Positions 1-11,890 of a stretch of 64,000 bases of DNA are shown here, piece by piece (within the stretch, counting starts at the first letter, position 1; each line of letters begins with the position of its first letter). Position numbers and translations under genes: made by a program. Source of the DNA: Histomonas meleagridis 2922-C6/04-290x (Eukaryota > Protista > Parabasalia); the NCBI GenBank assembly GCA_020184695.1, contig JAANOX010000151.1, positions 1 through 64,000 on the forward strand, given 5' to 3'. The notes below the pieces were generated by a model. The model was given only the letters and a program-made list of their open reading frames with translations, was not told where the DNA came from and did no database searches.

Positions 1-1411
1 TTTCCACATATTATTATGAAATATCATACTAATAAAATAAATTTTAAATGAAATAAATAAATATATTCTGCATTAATATCAATTCCTTCTTGTTCAAGAA
101 GTAATTTAACTACTTCTATATTACCATATCTAGATGCTTCAATAAGCGCTGTTTCAAATAATTTGTATAATTTCCAAATATTATTTTGAAACATAAAATT
201 ATTAATACAAATATCAAATAAAATAAATAAATATCTTTAACATTAAAATTAATTCCTTGTTTAAGAAAGAATTTTATCAAATACGTATGGAATTATCCTC
301 AGTTGCCCAAAAAAAAGCAAATTTAAAAAATTGTATGAAATTTTAAATAAATATTTTATATATCTAATTCTATAATCTAACATCTTCGATATCAATTTTA
401 ATTCTCTTTTGTATGAAGAACCATTTTACTACAATAGGGTTTCCATTTTCAATAAGCTCAAGAAAAAGTTCTTTATTAATAAAACTTCCATCAAAAAATA
501 TACATATAAAAGGAAGGTTATTCAAGCTGATTGATGCATTTTGAAGAGAATGGTTTGTTTTTTCCAAACCTTCTTTTTCTAAAAAAGACAAAATTTCATA
601 ATTGATGAACTTTAAACATTGAATACCTAATTTAGTTTAAATATTTTTATTATTAATCTTTTTTCTTTCTTCAATTTTCCCAAGTTTCTTTTTATAAAAG
701 TAATAAAAAATATCGTTTCGATGATATTGAATTGCTGTTTTAATGCTTTTCCAAACAACGTGTTATTTTGTTCGCATAAATGAATGATGAAAATTTAAAA
801 CATTGAATTGATCCAAAAAATGCGCAATAATCAATAATTGATATATTTTCTTTTTGGTTATAAAGAAAAGAATAATTTTCGCATTGTGATTTATCAATTA
901 TTTGATTATAATCAAAATCATTTTGTGATGAAATTTCTTGTAATTCCTCAATTTTATCATTTTGAAGAACTTCTAATAAATGTGTTTCTTCTTTGATTTT
1001 TTTATTTATTTTTTTATTTATGTCTTCATTAATATTTGGAGGGATCATTTCTCGTTCGATCATTTCCTTAAGAAAACATAAAGATTCATATGTATTTATT
1101 TGATAAAGATATGTAGTTAATACCTTAAGTAACTTAATAAAATTCAAATTTTAATTATTTGTTATTAAATCTAAAAATGAAATATATTATAATTTTACAT
1201 CTTTATTTCGTGTAAAGTAAGACATATATATAAATTGAGAAATATAAAATTCATAAAGTAAAGGAAAACTTGGTTCAACTTCTAATATTTTTGAAACTTG
1301 TATAGCAATGGTCTCGATGTTGTTTTGGTTTTATTCTAGAAATAAATTTTCAATTGTAACTACTTCATCTGGAACAATGTGTAAAGGAGGTGTTGAACTT
1401 GAAATTTCCAT
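1..1411 (-). pseudogene. Disrupted DUF3447 + ankyrin-cassette gene, continuing beyond the left window edge
   Basis: ATG at 1411 (MEISSSTPPLHIVPDEVVTIENLFLE*NQNNIE) followed by in-frame TAAs and frameshifts. ORF 740-1147 contains NDKIEELQEI and IDYCAFFGSIQCFKF, typical of DUF3447. An ankyrin cassette LFETALIEASRYGNIEVVKLLLEQEGIDINAEYI lies at 60-161. Confidence 0.8.
162..229 (-). other. 68-nt intron-like spacer between ankyrin cassettes, without GT-AG
   Basis: Reads GAT ATT|TATTTATTTT...TTTCAAAATAATATTTGGAAATTATACAAA|TTA TTT GAA ACA on the minus strand. Same motif as the spacers at 38619 and 62044-62760. Confidence 0.7.
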
Positions 1412-1892
1412 TGAAACTGATTTTTAAATTATTCAAAAATGACCGAGCACTTTTGTTTATTTGGATTAACTTCAAACATTATGTTTTAATCCATCGTGGA
1501 TTTTTACAAAAATATTTCATATAGAAAAACATCTCATGAGATGAATAAAATTAGAGATTATGTATTAAACAAAAGAATTTGATGAGTGATAAAATACATC
1601 TAATGTGTAATTTATAATTATACATGGCAAACACTTAACAACTTTATACTTATCAATTTCTTCAAGTTATAAAATAAGTGTTTTACTTATAACATTGGCA
1701 ATTCGATCAAATTTAAAAAATTTGGAAAACTTTATAACTTCAACATCATTACCATGGATTGTTACATTAAATAAACGAATATTAACTGATCTTTCTTAAT
1801 ATTAAGTATTAATACACCAAACATTAAAATCAGTTTTCTTCTTCATTCCAAATTTCAATGCTTTATATAACCACCTTCAAAATTTAAAGCAA

Positions 1893-4007
1893 ATGTTTGG
1901 GCACGCTTGTGAAGAGCCTATTTCACTAATAACACCACATCCATGCAACCTCCAAGTCGCAATTTACACATCAAAGCAAAGTCTTACTATTCTTGACATT
2001 ATGAAAAATCGTTCAATTCGTAATTTTTCAGTTTCCGGCTATCTCCCAAAAGAAGTACAAAACTCTGGTAAGCCTGCGATAGGTATGTTTTTTATTGACG
2101 ATATTTCATGCCGCGCTTATCAATCCGTTTTAAAGTCAACATTTCAACAACTTCCATCAAATAACTATTTAGCAATATTATACCCACGTGGTTTTTTAAC
2201 CTGGGGCCATACATTTAATAATCCAACATGGAATCCATTTGAATTTGTTGCCACATGTGCTGCCCAAGCACCTGACTCACTTATCGTTGGTGATAATTCA
2301 CATACTCTTTATTCAGTTTCATTGGTAAATGGGACCACTCGAGTATTTGCTAATACTTCTGGTACCCCATCATCATTATTTATAACACGTTTCGAAGGTG
2401 ATCACTTTGGTGTTCTATCATTATCATCATCAGGGATGGCAGAATTCTTTTCTTCGTCAGGTAATCTTTCGACCAAGTTACAAATAGATAATGGCAAAAG
2501 CATTTCATTTGACATATTCACCAGTTCTCTTTTCTTAGTTGATGACAAACGCACAGTTGATTCATATTTAATATCACCCACAAAAATAGACAAGACAGGT
2601 GAATGTAGTTTTGCAGGGGTAACAGCCGGCGACACCAAGCCTACCAACTACAACATCCAACAGATCACTTCCTGTATGTTACCAATTGCTTACAAGCCCT
2701 TATTTTTTGCCATCTGCGACTCATCGTCACTTTTGATCGGCGGCTCCACAAAAGTTGTACAAAAAGTGACGTCGTTTCCGATCATGCACATAAAACGACT
2801 CAATTGTACATCATTAAAATGTCATCCGACAGACCCAACGTTACTGTTTCTAACTTCTGACAACAATTTAATTGTCTTAGATATCTTTGCACATTTACCA
2901 CAAATTATTCCATCATTACCGATACCTGATTTTATCCAAAAATCGAATCAACCAGATGGAATTTATAACATTTCTCACAACAATTATTTCATTTGTGTCA
3001 TGAATCACTCATCACAAACATATACAATATATGACAAGAAAACACATAAAATCATTGCGACGAATCAAGCGCTAAATGTTGTGTTAGGGCCAAATAAGAA
3101 ATACGCACATTTCATACAACAAACGTCACGAAAACATAAAGAATTAACATTAAAATATTACATACAAATATTCGATGAAACTACACTCGGTAAGGCTATA
3201 CATATAATACCTCCCGAAGATACTCCATATCCTTTACGTTTGGTGACGTTCGATGATTACTTCGCGTTGATTTGTGGCCATTCGAAATTAGATACGTCTT
3301 TTAACCTTCAATCGCAAGGACATACGAAGGCTTTTGTTTATAGTTGGAACACATTAGAAAATATTAACTTAAATATTGAAGACGCATTTCTAATCGCTTC
3401 GTCTTCGCCTTTGATAGCTTTGGCTTCTGCAAATGGTTATGTAGTATATGATACAAGTAATGGTAATATGGAAGAAAAATGTCGTCGGCAAAAAAGAGTT
3501 TTCGATTTTAAGTTCTTCGATGGAAGACTTTATCTTTTGACGACTGACGGACTTGAAATAGATAATTTCAAATCAATCGAATTGGTCTCAAGTCGTTTCT
3601 CACATATCCCAACGAAAGAAAAAAACGCACCGTCAATACCTGTGAACGCTTTGGCAATTAAAGAGGTTTCATCAACGTTTGTTACCGTTGTTGAAACTAA
3701 TGGTGTCGAAACTACTGTGGGTATTCCTGAAGAAGAAATAGATGATAATGGAATCCCTTTGATTGTAAGTATCGCATTGTCGAAAAGCCCAATCGAAGCG
3801 GCAGGTTCAACATATCAAACTGCTTCCGAGAAAGAAAAGAAACAAATGATGTTGATGATGATGGGATCTTTGGGTTGGGATGCTGTGGAACCAGTGCTGT
3901 CTTGCTCGGAATTGGCTGTCGCTGAATATGCTATGGGTAACGGTGATGGCGATTACCAAAAGGCGTTTAGGGAATTCTTGAAAACAGAGCTCGAGATCGA
4001 TGAATAA
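1893..4007 (+). CDS. Uncharacterised 704-aa beta-rich protein, probably with beta-propeller (WD40-like) domains
   Basis: Long ORF of repeated short hydrophobic beta-strand segments with a short helical C-terminus; no diagnostic family motif recognised. Confidence 0.55.
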   Translation: MFGHACEEPISLITPHPCNLQVAIYTSKQSLTILDIMKNRSIRNFSVSGYLPKEVQNSGKPAIGMFFIDDISCRAYQSVLKSTFQQLPSNNYLAILYPRGFLTWGHTFNNPTWNPFEFVATCAAQAPDSLIVGDNSHTLYSVSLVNGTTRVFANTSGTPSSLFITRFEGDHFGVLSLSSSGMAEFFSSSGNLSTKLQIDNGKSISFDIFTSSLFLVDDKRTVDSYLISPTKIDKTGECSFAGVTAGDTKPTNYNIQQITSCMLPIAYKPLFFAICDSSSLLIGGSTKVVQKVTSFPIMHIKRLNCTSLKCHPTDPTLLFLTSDNNLIVLDIFAHLPQIIPSLPIPDFIQKSNQPDGIYNISHNNYFICVMNHSSQTYTIYDKKTHKIIATNQALNVVLGPNKKYAHFIQQTSRKHKELTLKYYIQIFDETTLGKAIHIIPPEDTPYPLRLVTFDDYFALICGHSKLDTSFNLQSQGHTKAFVYSWNTLENINLNIEDAFLIASSSPLIALASANGYVVYDTSNGNMEEKCRRQKRVFDFKFFDGRLYLLTTDGLEIDNFKSIELVSSRFSHIPTKEKNAPSIPVNALAIKEVSSTFVTVVETNGVETTVGIPEEEIDDNGIPLIVSIALSKSPIEAAGSTYQTASEKEKKQMMLMMMGSLGWDAVEPVLSCSELAVAEYAMGNGDGDYQKAFREFLKTELEIDE

Positions 4008-4509
4008 AGCTGACTACTGATGAGTGAACTTTGATGTGATTTCATCGGCCGATGTATTGAATTTTCAATACAACGATAAAGGTTTTGTTAGAAGTCCAAA
4101 GTCGTCTTTTGACCAAATGAATGAATGGATTGAAGAAGTATTAATAATTAAATTGAAACTATATGAGAACTTTTAAGTTTTGTTGACGATTTTAAAGTTT
4201 AGGGAAATATATTGATCTTTTTTAATATGATAAAATGACAAAAAAGCTGAATGATGTGATTTTTTTTAACATGCTTGCTAACGTAAGGCTTGATGTGATA
4301 TCAATTTTATTCATTTTTATATATAGATGTTATGAAATGTTGGTATTGATTTTATGCAAAAATTGAAATTTGACATTTTTGTTGATGAAGAGCGATATAT
4401 GTATTATAACATTCTTTTAATTATTTGCAAAGTATGAGAAAATCGCAGTTTTTAAAAAATGCCAAAATTTCCTAAGAAATGTCAACAGTGATGACCATTT
4501 TATTCAAAA

Positions 4510-5553
4510 ATGTCAAGTGAAGACCAGACAACACAACCCAAGGAATTTTTAAACTTAGTCAAAAAATTTAAGTTTTCTCGAATCCTAAATTCAATTCCAC
4601 AAACAAAAAGCGTTTTCATACTGGGTACCATAGATGAAAAGGATGCTATTATGTTATTGGAAAAAACTCATTTCGATACAAATGATAATGCTTTTAAGTA
4701 AAGTAAAGACGGAGATAATACAAGTGAAGCTGAATTTTCATATATTAAATCGATAGAAGATTTGAAAGTAAATGACTCAAATGATATTTATCATTGGGGT
4801 TTAGCTACCCTAAAGCAAGACATGGAACATAATCCCACTGCTAAGATAACTTTGATATATCCTGCCAAAGACAGTCACATTGAAAAATATGGAAAACAAA
4901 AGTCCCACTTCATTAAAGAGACACCGGAAGTTTATCATGAAATTGTTGAACCTTATATTAAAGAGATGTGCTCAGAAAGAAGTTTAAAATGGGTCCACAA
5001 CATCTTATATGAAGGAGCCGAATCTGATCATGTGATTTACAAAGAATACGATCCAAATGATTTATACAACAGTTTCGTTATATTGCCAGATATGAAATGG
5101 AATGGTACTGATTTAGATTCCATGTATTTAATTACCATAGTATATCGAAATGACATTCATTCATTACGTGATTTGAAACCAAAGGATCAACCATGGTTAA
5201 AAATGTTGATGAGAAAGATTAAAACTGTTATATCCACTAAATATTCGGTTCGTCCTGATGAATTAAGAATATATATTCATTATCAGCCATCGTATTATCA
5301 CTTCCATATTCATATCATGAATATATTAAATCCAGGATTGGGATTTTCAATTGCAACAGGAAAAGCAATTTTACTGGATGAAGTAATCGAACAATTAAAT
5401 TATATAGGAAATGAAGGATATGAAAGTAGTACTCTATATTATGCACTTGGAGAGAACCACGAGCTATGGAAAAGAGGCTTGGATAAAGTGGTAGAAAAGC
5501 AATTGGAAGAAGATGAAGGAACACTACTAAATATTCCTCCACAGGATAAATAA
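4510..5553 (+). CDS. DCPS: m7GpppX diphosphatase (scavenger decapping enzyme DcpS/Dcs1), interrupted by an in-frame TAA at 4699-4701
   Basis: ORFs 4510-4701 and 4762-5553 are in the same frame. Contains the N-terminal LGTID...AIMLLEKTHF and NDIY motifs, LPDMKW, and the HIT motif [12 protein letters not shown]. Confidence 0.93.
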
Positions 5554-6623
5554 AAAACCAATGGTAAATATTTAAATTAGTGATTTTGACTTCTTCAAGC
5601 CAATAATAAGGATAATGTTTTAATAAAGTTCAGGAAAGAATGAAATTAATCAAAAATTTAGGTAATAATGCTATTGATTAATATGGTTTTATTAATAAAG
5701 TTACAATTTTTTTTTTTTAATTTATTTCCTTTCGTTTAATTTAATTAAATCAGATTTAGCAAAAGTTTTTATGTTTTGCAAGTAATACGAATATTTAAAA
5801 ATTGAAAATGTATCTATTAACAACTTGCTTAATTATTGAATGCTTATCTGTGATACCACAAAAAATTTTTTGGAATGAATATGTATTGAATTGATTTAAT
5901 TGTGTAACTTCTGACCGTTTATTACAGTAATGTGAACAGATACCTTTTATGATATCAATAGCTATGCCTAGTGATGATATTAATACAATAAACACAGGAG
6001 ATAAAAATTTGGATAATTTATCAACCTGTTTGAAATTCCTTATTGAGCTTGAGAAAACGATAACGTTTGTGATTTTTTTCTTTATAGAACGTTTTGAGGA
6101 CGTTTAAAGACGTTAAACAATCACACCTATATAAACCTAACAATTCTGGTCTCATCTTTTGAAAATTCAAAAAATATATGCAGCATTAAAATATTATTAT
6201 CTTATTATAAATTTGAATTTTATATTTGAAAATGAATTTTTAACATTAATAATTCATATGAAATATATTTTCAAACTTAAAAGAAATCTTATAAGAAGAA
6301 AGCTATTGGCATCGCTGTATTTTTAACGGTTTACATATAGGATTTTGCTTAAAAATTTTTTCTTTTGATTTTTTTTTTCTATTAGAATTTATTTGTTTAA
6401 TAAAAAAATTCATACAAGAATGTTTTCGTATTTAAGATGTTTGCTCTAAAATTAATAGATTAAAAAATTATTTACAAAATTAATAGTTAATTTTTTTTAT
6501 AAAATCGAACTTTAATATCAATATATATTATAAATGTTTCAGCGTATTGGTTATTTGTGTTTATTTTTGCTTAATTAGCGAGTTTAGAGAAGCTGAGTCA
6601 AGATTTTGGTTCAGTACATGACC

Positions 6624-6631
6624 AACGGTTT
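6624..6631 (+). promoter_or_regulatory. M3-like (Myb-site) core promoter motif upstream of UTP10
   Basis: AACGGTTT, 19 nt before the ATG, fits the Trichomonas M3 consensus RRCSGTTD. Confidence 0.45.
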
Positions 6632-6649
6632 TTCTGTTGGTCTTTAAAA

Positions 6650-9600
6650 ATGTCTTCAGCATTAGACCGTCAGTTAATTGAATATCAATCAAGACCTAAG
6701 GATGAGTCTGGTGCTCGCAAAACAAAGCAATCATTAATTTTCGATCCAAAAGAAGCATCTTTTATTGATTCAGATACATTTTACCAAATTGGTTATCAAG
6801 GATTTGTTAAATTGCAAGAAAAGGAACCAAGGCTAAGCGAATTTGAAAATTCTATTTTTTCATATGCAAATTCACAAATTGATCCTTTGTTTTTAACAGC
6901 AAGTGAAAATCAACAGATATTTGATGAAATTGAGAACTTACTTTACTTAATTTCAGATTACATATTACTTCCAGAAACAGTTCAGATTCTTGAATATTTA
7001 ATTCAACACTTTGCTGTTAATAGATTATGCCCATCTATTTTAATTTTAACAATCCTTCCTTACCTTGAAACTTCATTTTTTACAAGAGTTCTTCAAACAA
7101 TTCCATTTAAAGCATTACCACATGAATTCAAAATATTAAGACCTTTTGGTTCAGTTGCATTGTCCAAGAAACCAATGTCACGTAAAATACTTAAAGATTG
7201 GATTAATAGTCGACCAGTTCTCTTTCAATGGATTGTTGGATCAGCAAATAAATTTGCCATCACTCATCCCCGAGGCACGTTTGCCTCTTTTGTAGGCGTT
7301 TTATTTACAGAGTTAGCCTTAGAAACAACCAATGACATTATAATACGATCAATTATAGATTCATGTAAATCATCACTTAATTCTGAAGACCCAGCTTTAG
7401 CCCCTTACACACTTATGGCTGTTTGTTCTGTCAATGAGAAACAACAACTGAATCAACAAATCTTGAAAACATTTTCGCAATTAATACATCAAAACATTGA
7501 TTTACTTCATAACCACTTTAATTCAATGTTTTTAGCGGCCGTTTATTTTTCAGAGCATTCCGATACGCCGCCATCGGTTGGATTTATTAGTGCGCTTGGT
7601 CATCATCTTCAAGAACTTGATCAACTTTCTAAGAAATATGAATTACGAAAATTTGTTGAGAGTTGTATCAAAACAATTTCCTCCAATTTAACAAATGACG
7701 ATTTAATTCGTTCACTTATTGCAATATTAGAAACTTCATTTTTTGATGAGACATCAACATTATTAATGTTAAATATCTCACAAAATTATAATGAAACAGA
7801 ATATTCACAAGAACTTATTCAATCAATTGTTTCACATTATCCAACATCTGTTACAACTGAAGTACTTGAAGCATTAAATAAATCGAATGTTAAAATTGAT
7901 CCATCTCAAATATCACCACATAATTTAATTAATCAACTTTCTAATCCTGAAAACTTAGCATCATTATATTCTAATCCAGAGTTACCATATGAAATAGCTT
8001 CTAAACAAGTAGTTAATTCATTAGTAATTTCACAAAATCATAATCAAACTGATGCAATTATACCAATTCTTCAATATTTCGAAGGAAGAGCACCTGAAAA
8101 CTTATTGAAATATTTGGTTGATAATATATTTATTGATGATAGTGATTTTTCAATTAAATTAAATAAAGCATTAAATCAGTATGGAAATGGAATCGCTCCA
8201 TTTTTTAATGGGATTCCTTCAACTAATTCGGAAATTATTAATTTCTTTGTTAGCCAAGAAGAATTACCGAATATTGATTCATTTCCATTTGCTGTAATTA
8301 ACTCAATTAAAAATAATGATACTACTGTATTATTAAATTATTTACCAATTCGAAAGATGAGATTTAATAAAGTTATGTCAATAATAGAACAGTTAAATGA
8401 AACAAAAGATATACCATTTAATACAACTGAAGCACAATCAGCATTAATTTTATATTTAATAAATGAATATTCTTTAAATAATGAATTACCAATTGAAACA
8501 GTACAAAAAATCTTTGATTTTCCATCATTAAAATGTATAGCATTTATTATTAAGAACATAAAGAACAAAGCAATAATTCGAGAAGCATTTGAACGAACTA
8601 CAGATCAACAAAAACGAATTCGAACAAATATATTAAATTATTTCCAAGTAATTGCACCTAAAGTCGAAAACATATTTGAAATATTACCAATTACTTATAT
8701 ATCATTAACATATTTAGAACATATTGATCAAGCAATTTTAATACTTAGATCAATACCATTAAAGAACAAAGAATTAAAATATATATTAACAACTATTTTA
8801 AGACAATCACAATATTTCAAATCAGATGAAAGATTATTACAAACAGTTTTTAAATCGATATCAAATAATCCTAAAAGTCGTGAATTACTTGATAACATTT
8901 GGTCGAATATTATCACATCAAAAGGTTGTTTAAGGTTTTGGAATTTAACACATGATCAAGGAGTAATTAATGTATTACCTAATTTTATAAATGATGATGA
9001 AACACCACAAATATTATATGAATTCTTAAAAGAATATCCTGAAAATGAACAACTTAAAGAATTGGCGTTAAATTCAATGAATTCTAGTATACTTAAAGCA
9101 GTTATACCATTTTTATCTATTGATAAAATAACAACTATATTACCACCAGTATGTTTATATCCGAAGTTTTATTCACAATCATTTACTGAATTCTTTTTAA
9201 GTCAATCATTTGATGCAAATATATTAAAGCCTATTTTCCAATCAAAAGATAAAATTATTTTAATTCAAACAATGGAATTAGAACCACCAAAGATATTTAA
9301 AGAGAGTTTTAATAAAATGAAATCAAAAGCATTAATATTACCAACAAATTTAATATTAGAATTAATACCTTTATCTCATCAAATTACAAATATCGAAAAA
9401 TTATTACCAGAATTCTTTGAAATCCTTAAAACTAAAAAATCACAAAATTTAATATTCCCATGTTTAACACTTTGTTTAGAGAATTCATCAAAATATTTAT
9501 TAGATAATTTTGATGTAATATTATCATCTTTATCTGATTCTACATCACCACATATTCATTCATCAGCATTAAGACTTATTCAAGAATTAGCAACAATATC

Positions 9601-11626
9601 ACCTGAAGTTGTTGCTAAACATTCACAAAAATTATTTACTACATTATCAACGTCAACATTATTTATAGATGATACAGCCAACTTAAACAAAATTAAACAA
9701 TTATTATCATCAATATTACCAATTTTATCTAAAACTAATACAATTGATGAATTATTAGATTTCTTTTCATCGAATATTAATAATTTTTCATTAGATCGAG
9801 CATCACAAATAATGTTACATAGTATTAATTCATTAGGTAATGATTCATATAAAATATTTCAATCATTATTAAGATATAAACAAAATGATTTTTCATTATT
9901 ATTAATTGAACAATTATCACCACAACAAATCTTACAAATATTAATTAAATTACTTGAAACTGATACTGATTGTATTGATTTCATATTAGAAATACAATTA
10001 CCACCATTATCAACACAATTATTAAAATTATTCCAATTATTATCTAAGAAAATTGATGTTCAAGGTTTCATACAAAAGACTTGGGATTCATTTAGTATCA
10101 CCGATTTCATTAAATTATTAATTGAATTTATACCATCTGATATCGATATATATCCAATATTTCATCAACGAATTACTAATGAACCTTCATCATTATATAT
10201 TAAATTATTACCAGTCCTTCAAAAAGAAATTAAAGAATATAAATCATTAGAAAAGAACTTATTAATGTTATCAGAAATTACAAATTGTATTGATCAATCA
10301 GATTCATCTAAATTAATAAGTGTCATTAAAGTAATATTAGATGGAGTTAATACAAATTATTATACAATTCCTAATCAAGTTCAAGCGTTATGTTTCTTTG
10401 CTACTTCGATTGAACGATTTAATTTAGTTTTATATGAAGTATTTCCAAAAGTTATCATATTTGCTTCAAGTTTATATTCATTTATAGTTAGTGAATCAAT
10501 CGAAAAACTTTTATCATCTACAACAGCATCAATTTGTTTATTATTAAAGACATCACCAAACTTTTGTATTCAACAATTACCACAAATTTGGACTGATTTG
10601 TTATCACCATTTGTGTTAAACACTGATTTATATCAAATGGTTAAAGATTCATTTGAAGCAATTACTACAACAACAGATATTAATGCATTACTTATGCCAT
10701 TTATCAGAGCGTTTTCAAATAATAAACAAAATCCAAATTCAATAATATTATTATTTAAAGCATTCCAAAATAATATTATTCATACAAACAAAGATGATTT
10801 CGAAGATAATCATCAAAGCATTTGTAAGTTCTTCTTATTAGCATTTAATACAAGTTATGAAGATTGGGATATAATGATACAATTCCAAGATGCAATTATC
10901 TCTGCATTTTGTACATTCTTAACACAATTAAATGAAAGTTTACTTACAGATAACTTAAATAAGTTTACAGAATTCTTCGAAAAAATTATGGATCATAATC
11001 AAGAGGATTATATTACTAATAGATTATTCTTTGTACGTACTGAAAATGCTATTTTACAAGGATTACAAAAATCAATTTCGAAGTTTTATGGATCAATATT
11101 ACCTATAATTTTACCATTCTTAAATGAAACAAATGATTCTCTATTTAATGAAAGACAACTTACAATAGAATGTTTACAATTAATACAAATTATGGCACAA
11201 TATGCTGATGACGATTTCTTTGATGCTGATAGATTTAATAGTGTATTAAATGCGATTATCATACATGCTAATAAAGTTGTAACAAATGTAGACGAATATA
11301 TTAAATTGATCATATTAAGTATAGCACCTGCTTTCACTGCTTTAATGGATACAACGAAAGATGAAATGTTATGGAGAAGTGCAAATCTTCAATTAATAGA
11401 AATGATGAAAAATGATGACTCGAGAATTAAAATTGGCGCTATGAAAATAGTAGATGAAGAATTTAAAGTAATCGGTGGTGAATTAACTGGTTTGTTACCA
11501 GAGTTGGTTCCTTATTTGGCTGAATGCGCTGAATATGCTAAAGGTGACGTTGATGTGATCGCTAGAGAAACAATACAAAGCATAGAAAATAGTATTGGTG
11601 AGCCAATAAATACATACTTTACATAA
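6650..11626 (+). CDS. UTP10: U3 snoRNA-associated protein 10 (HEATR1/BAP28)
   Basis: N-terminal SLIFDPKEAS...FENSIF...ENQQI...LEYLIQHF matches the U3snoRNP10 domain; long HEAT-like helical body; C-terminal LLPELVPYLAEC is BP28CT-like. Confidence 0.88.
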   Translation: MSSALDRQLIEYQSRPKDESGARKTKQSLIFDPKEASFIDSDTFYQIGYQGFVKLQEKEPRLSEFENSIFSYANSQIDPLFLTASENQQIFDEIENLLYLISDYILLPETVQILEYLIQHFAVNRLCPSILILTILPYLETSFFTRVLQTIPFKALPHEFKILRPFGSVALSKKPMSRKILKDWINSRPVLFQWIVGSANKFAITHPRGTFASFVGVLFTELALETTNDIIIRSIIDSCKSSLNSEDPALAPYTLMAVCSVNEKQQLNQQILKTFSQLIHQNIDLLHNHFNSMFLAAVYFSEHSDTPPSVGFISALGHHLQELDQLSKKYELRKFVESCIKTISSNLTNDDLIRSLIAILETSFFDETSTLLMLNISQNYNETEYSQELIQSIVSHYPTSVTTEVLEALNKSNVKIDPSQISPHNLINQLSNPENLASLYSNPELPYEIASKQVVNSLVISQNHNQTDAIIPILQYFEGRAPENLLKYLVDNIFIDDSDFSIKLNKALNQYGNGIAPFFNGIPSTNSEIINFFVSQEELPNIDSFPFAVINSIKNNDTTVLLNYLPIRKMRFNKVMSIIEQLNETKDIPFNTTEAQSALILYLINEYSLNNELPIETVQKIFDFPSLKCIAFIIKNIKNKAIIREAFERTTDQQKRIRTNILNYFQVIAPKVENIFEILPITYISLTYLEHIDQAILILRSIPLKNKELKYILTTILRQSQYFKSDERLLQTVFKSISNNPKSRELLDNIWSNIITSKGCLRFWNLTHDQGVINVLPNFINDDETPQILYEFLKEYPENEQLKELALNSMNSSILKAVIPFLSIDKITTILPPVCLYPKFYSQSFTEFFLSQSFDANILKPIFQSKDKIILIQTMELEPPKIFKESFNKMKSKALILPTNLILELIPLSHQITNIEKLLPEFFEILKTKKSQNLIFPCLTLCLENSSKYLLDNFDVILSSLSDSTSPHIHSSALRLIQELATISPEVVAKHSQKLFTTLSTSTLFIDDTANLNKIKQLLSSILPILSKTNTIDELLDFFSSNINNFSLDRASQIMLHSINSLGNDSYKIFQSLLRYKQNDFSLLLIEQLSPQQILQILIKLLETDTDCIDFILEIQLPPLSTQLLKLFQLLSKKIDVQGFIQKTWDSFSITDFIKLLIEFIPSDIDIYPIFHQRITNEPSSLYIKLLPVLQKEIKEYKSLEKNLLMLSEITNCIDQSDSSKLISVIKVILDGVNTNYYTIPNQVQALCFFATSIERFNLVLYEVFPKVIIFASSLYSFIVSESIEKLLSSTTASICLLLKTSPNFCIQQLPQIWTDLLSPFVLNTDLYQMVKDSFEAITTTTDINALLMPFIRAFSNNKQNPNSIILLFKAFQNNIIHTNKDDFEDNHQSICKFFLLAFNTSYEDWDIMIQFQDAIISAFCTFLTQLNESLLTDNLNKFTEFFEKIMDHNQEDYITNRLFFVRTENAILQGLQKSISKFYGSILPIILPFLNETNDSLFNERQLTIECLQLIQIMAQYADDDFFDADRFNSVLNAIIIHANKVVTNVDEYIKLIILSIAPAFTALMDTTKDEMLWRSANLQLIEMMKNDDSRIKIGAMKIVDEEFKVIGGELTGLLPELVPYLAECAEYAKGDVDVIARETIQSIENSIGEPINTYFT

Positions 11627-11833
11627 ATAAAATTAAATTTAATTTAAATCTGATTACATAACTAAATGCGCATAAAATATTTTTCGGTAAAGTGTTGTAA
11701 CTTGAAGATTTATCATTGCTTAATGGAGAATTTTTACATAACATTTCTCATAATTTTAAATGTAATTGACAAGGTCTGTCTGTAGCAAAAAACGATTAAA
11801 ACTTGTTTACTAAAAGACGTTTAAGGGATTTGT

Positions 11834-11841
11834 AGCGGTTA
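11834..11841 (+). promoter_or_regulatory. M3-like core promoter motif upstream of RPL19
   Basis: AGCGGTTA matches RRCSGTTD about 50 nt before the ATG; AACGGCTT also occurs at 11864. Confidence 0.4.
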
Positions 11842-11890
11842 TAATATCTTTTTCAATTCGAAAAACGGCTTTTAATGGCCTTTGACAAAG

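Noticed and set aside
4008-4180. Coding-like frame downstream of the 704-aa gene (SSADVLNFQYNDKGFVR...)
   Set aside because: Short, preceded by tandem stops, and no family motif; cannot be distinguished from chance or an old 3' remnant.
4699-4701. Genetic-code reassignment of TAA/TAG
   Set aside because: Well-conserved genes (RPL19, IFT38, UTP10) end at TAA, and multi-kb AT-rich ORFs contain no internal stops; interruptions are isolated.
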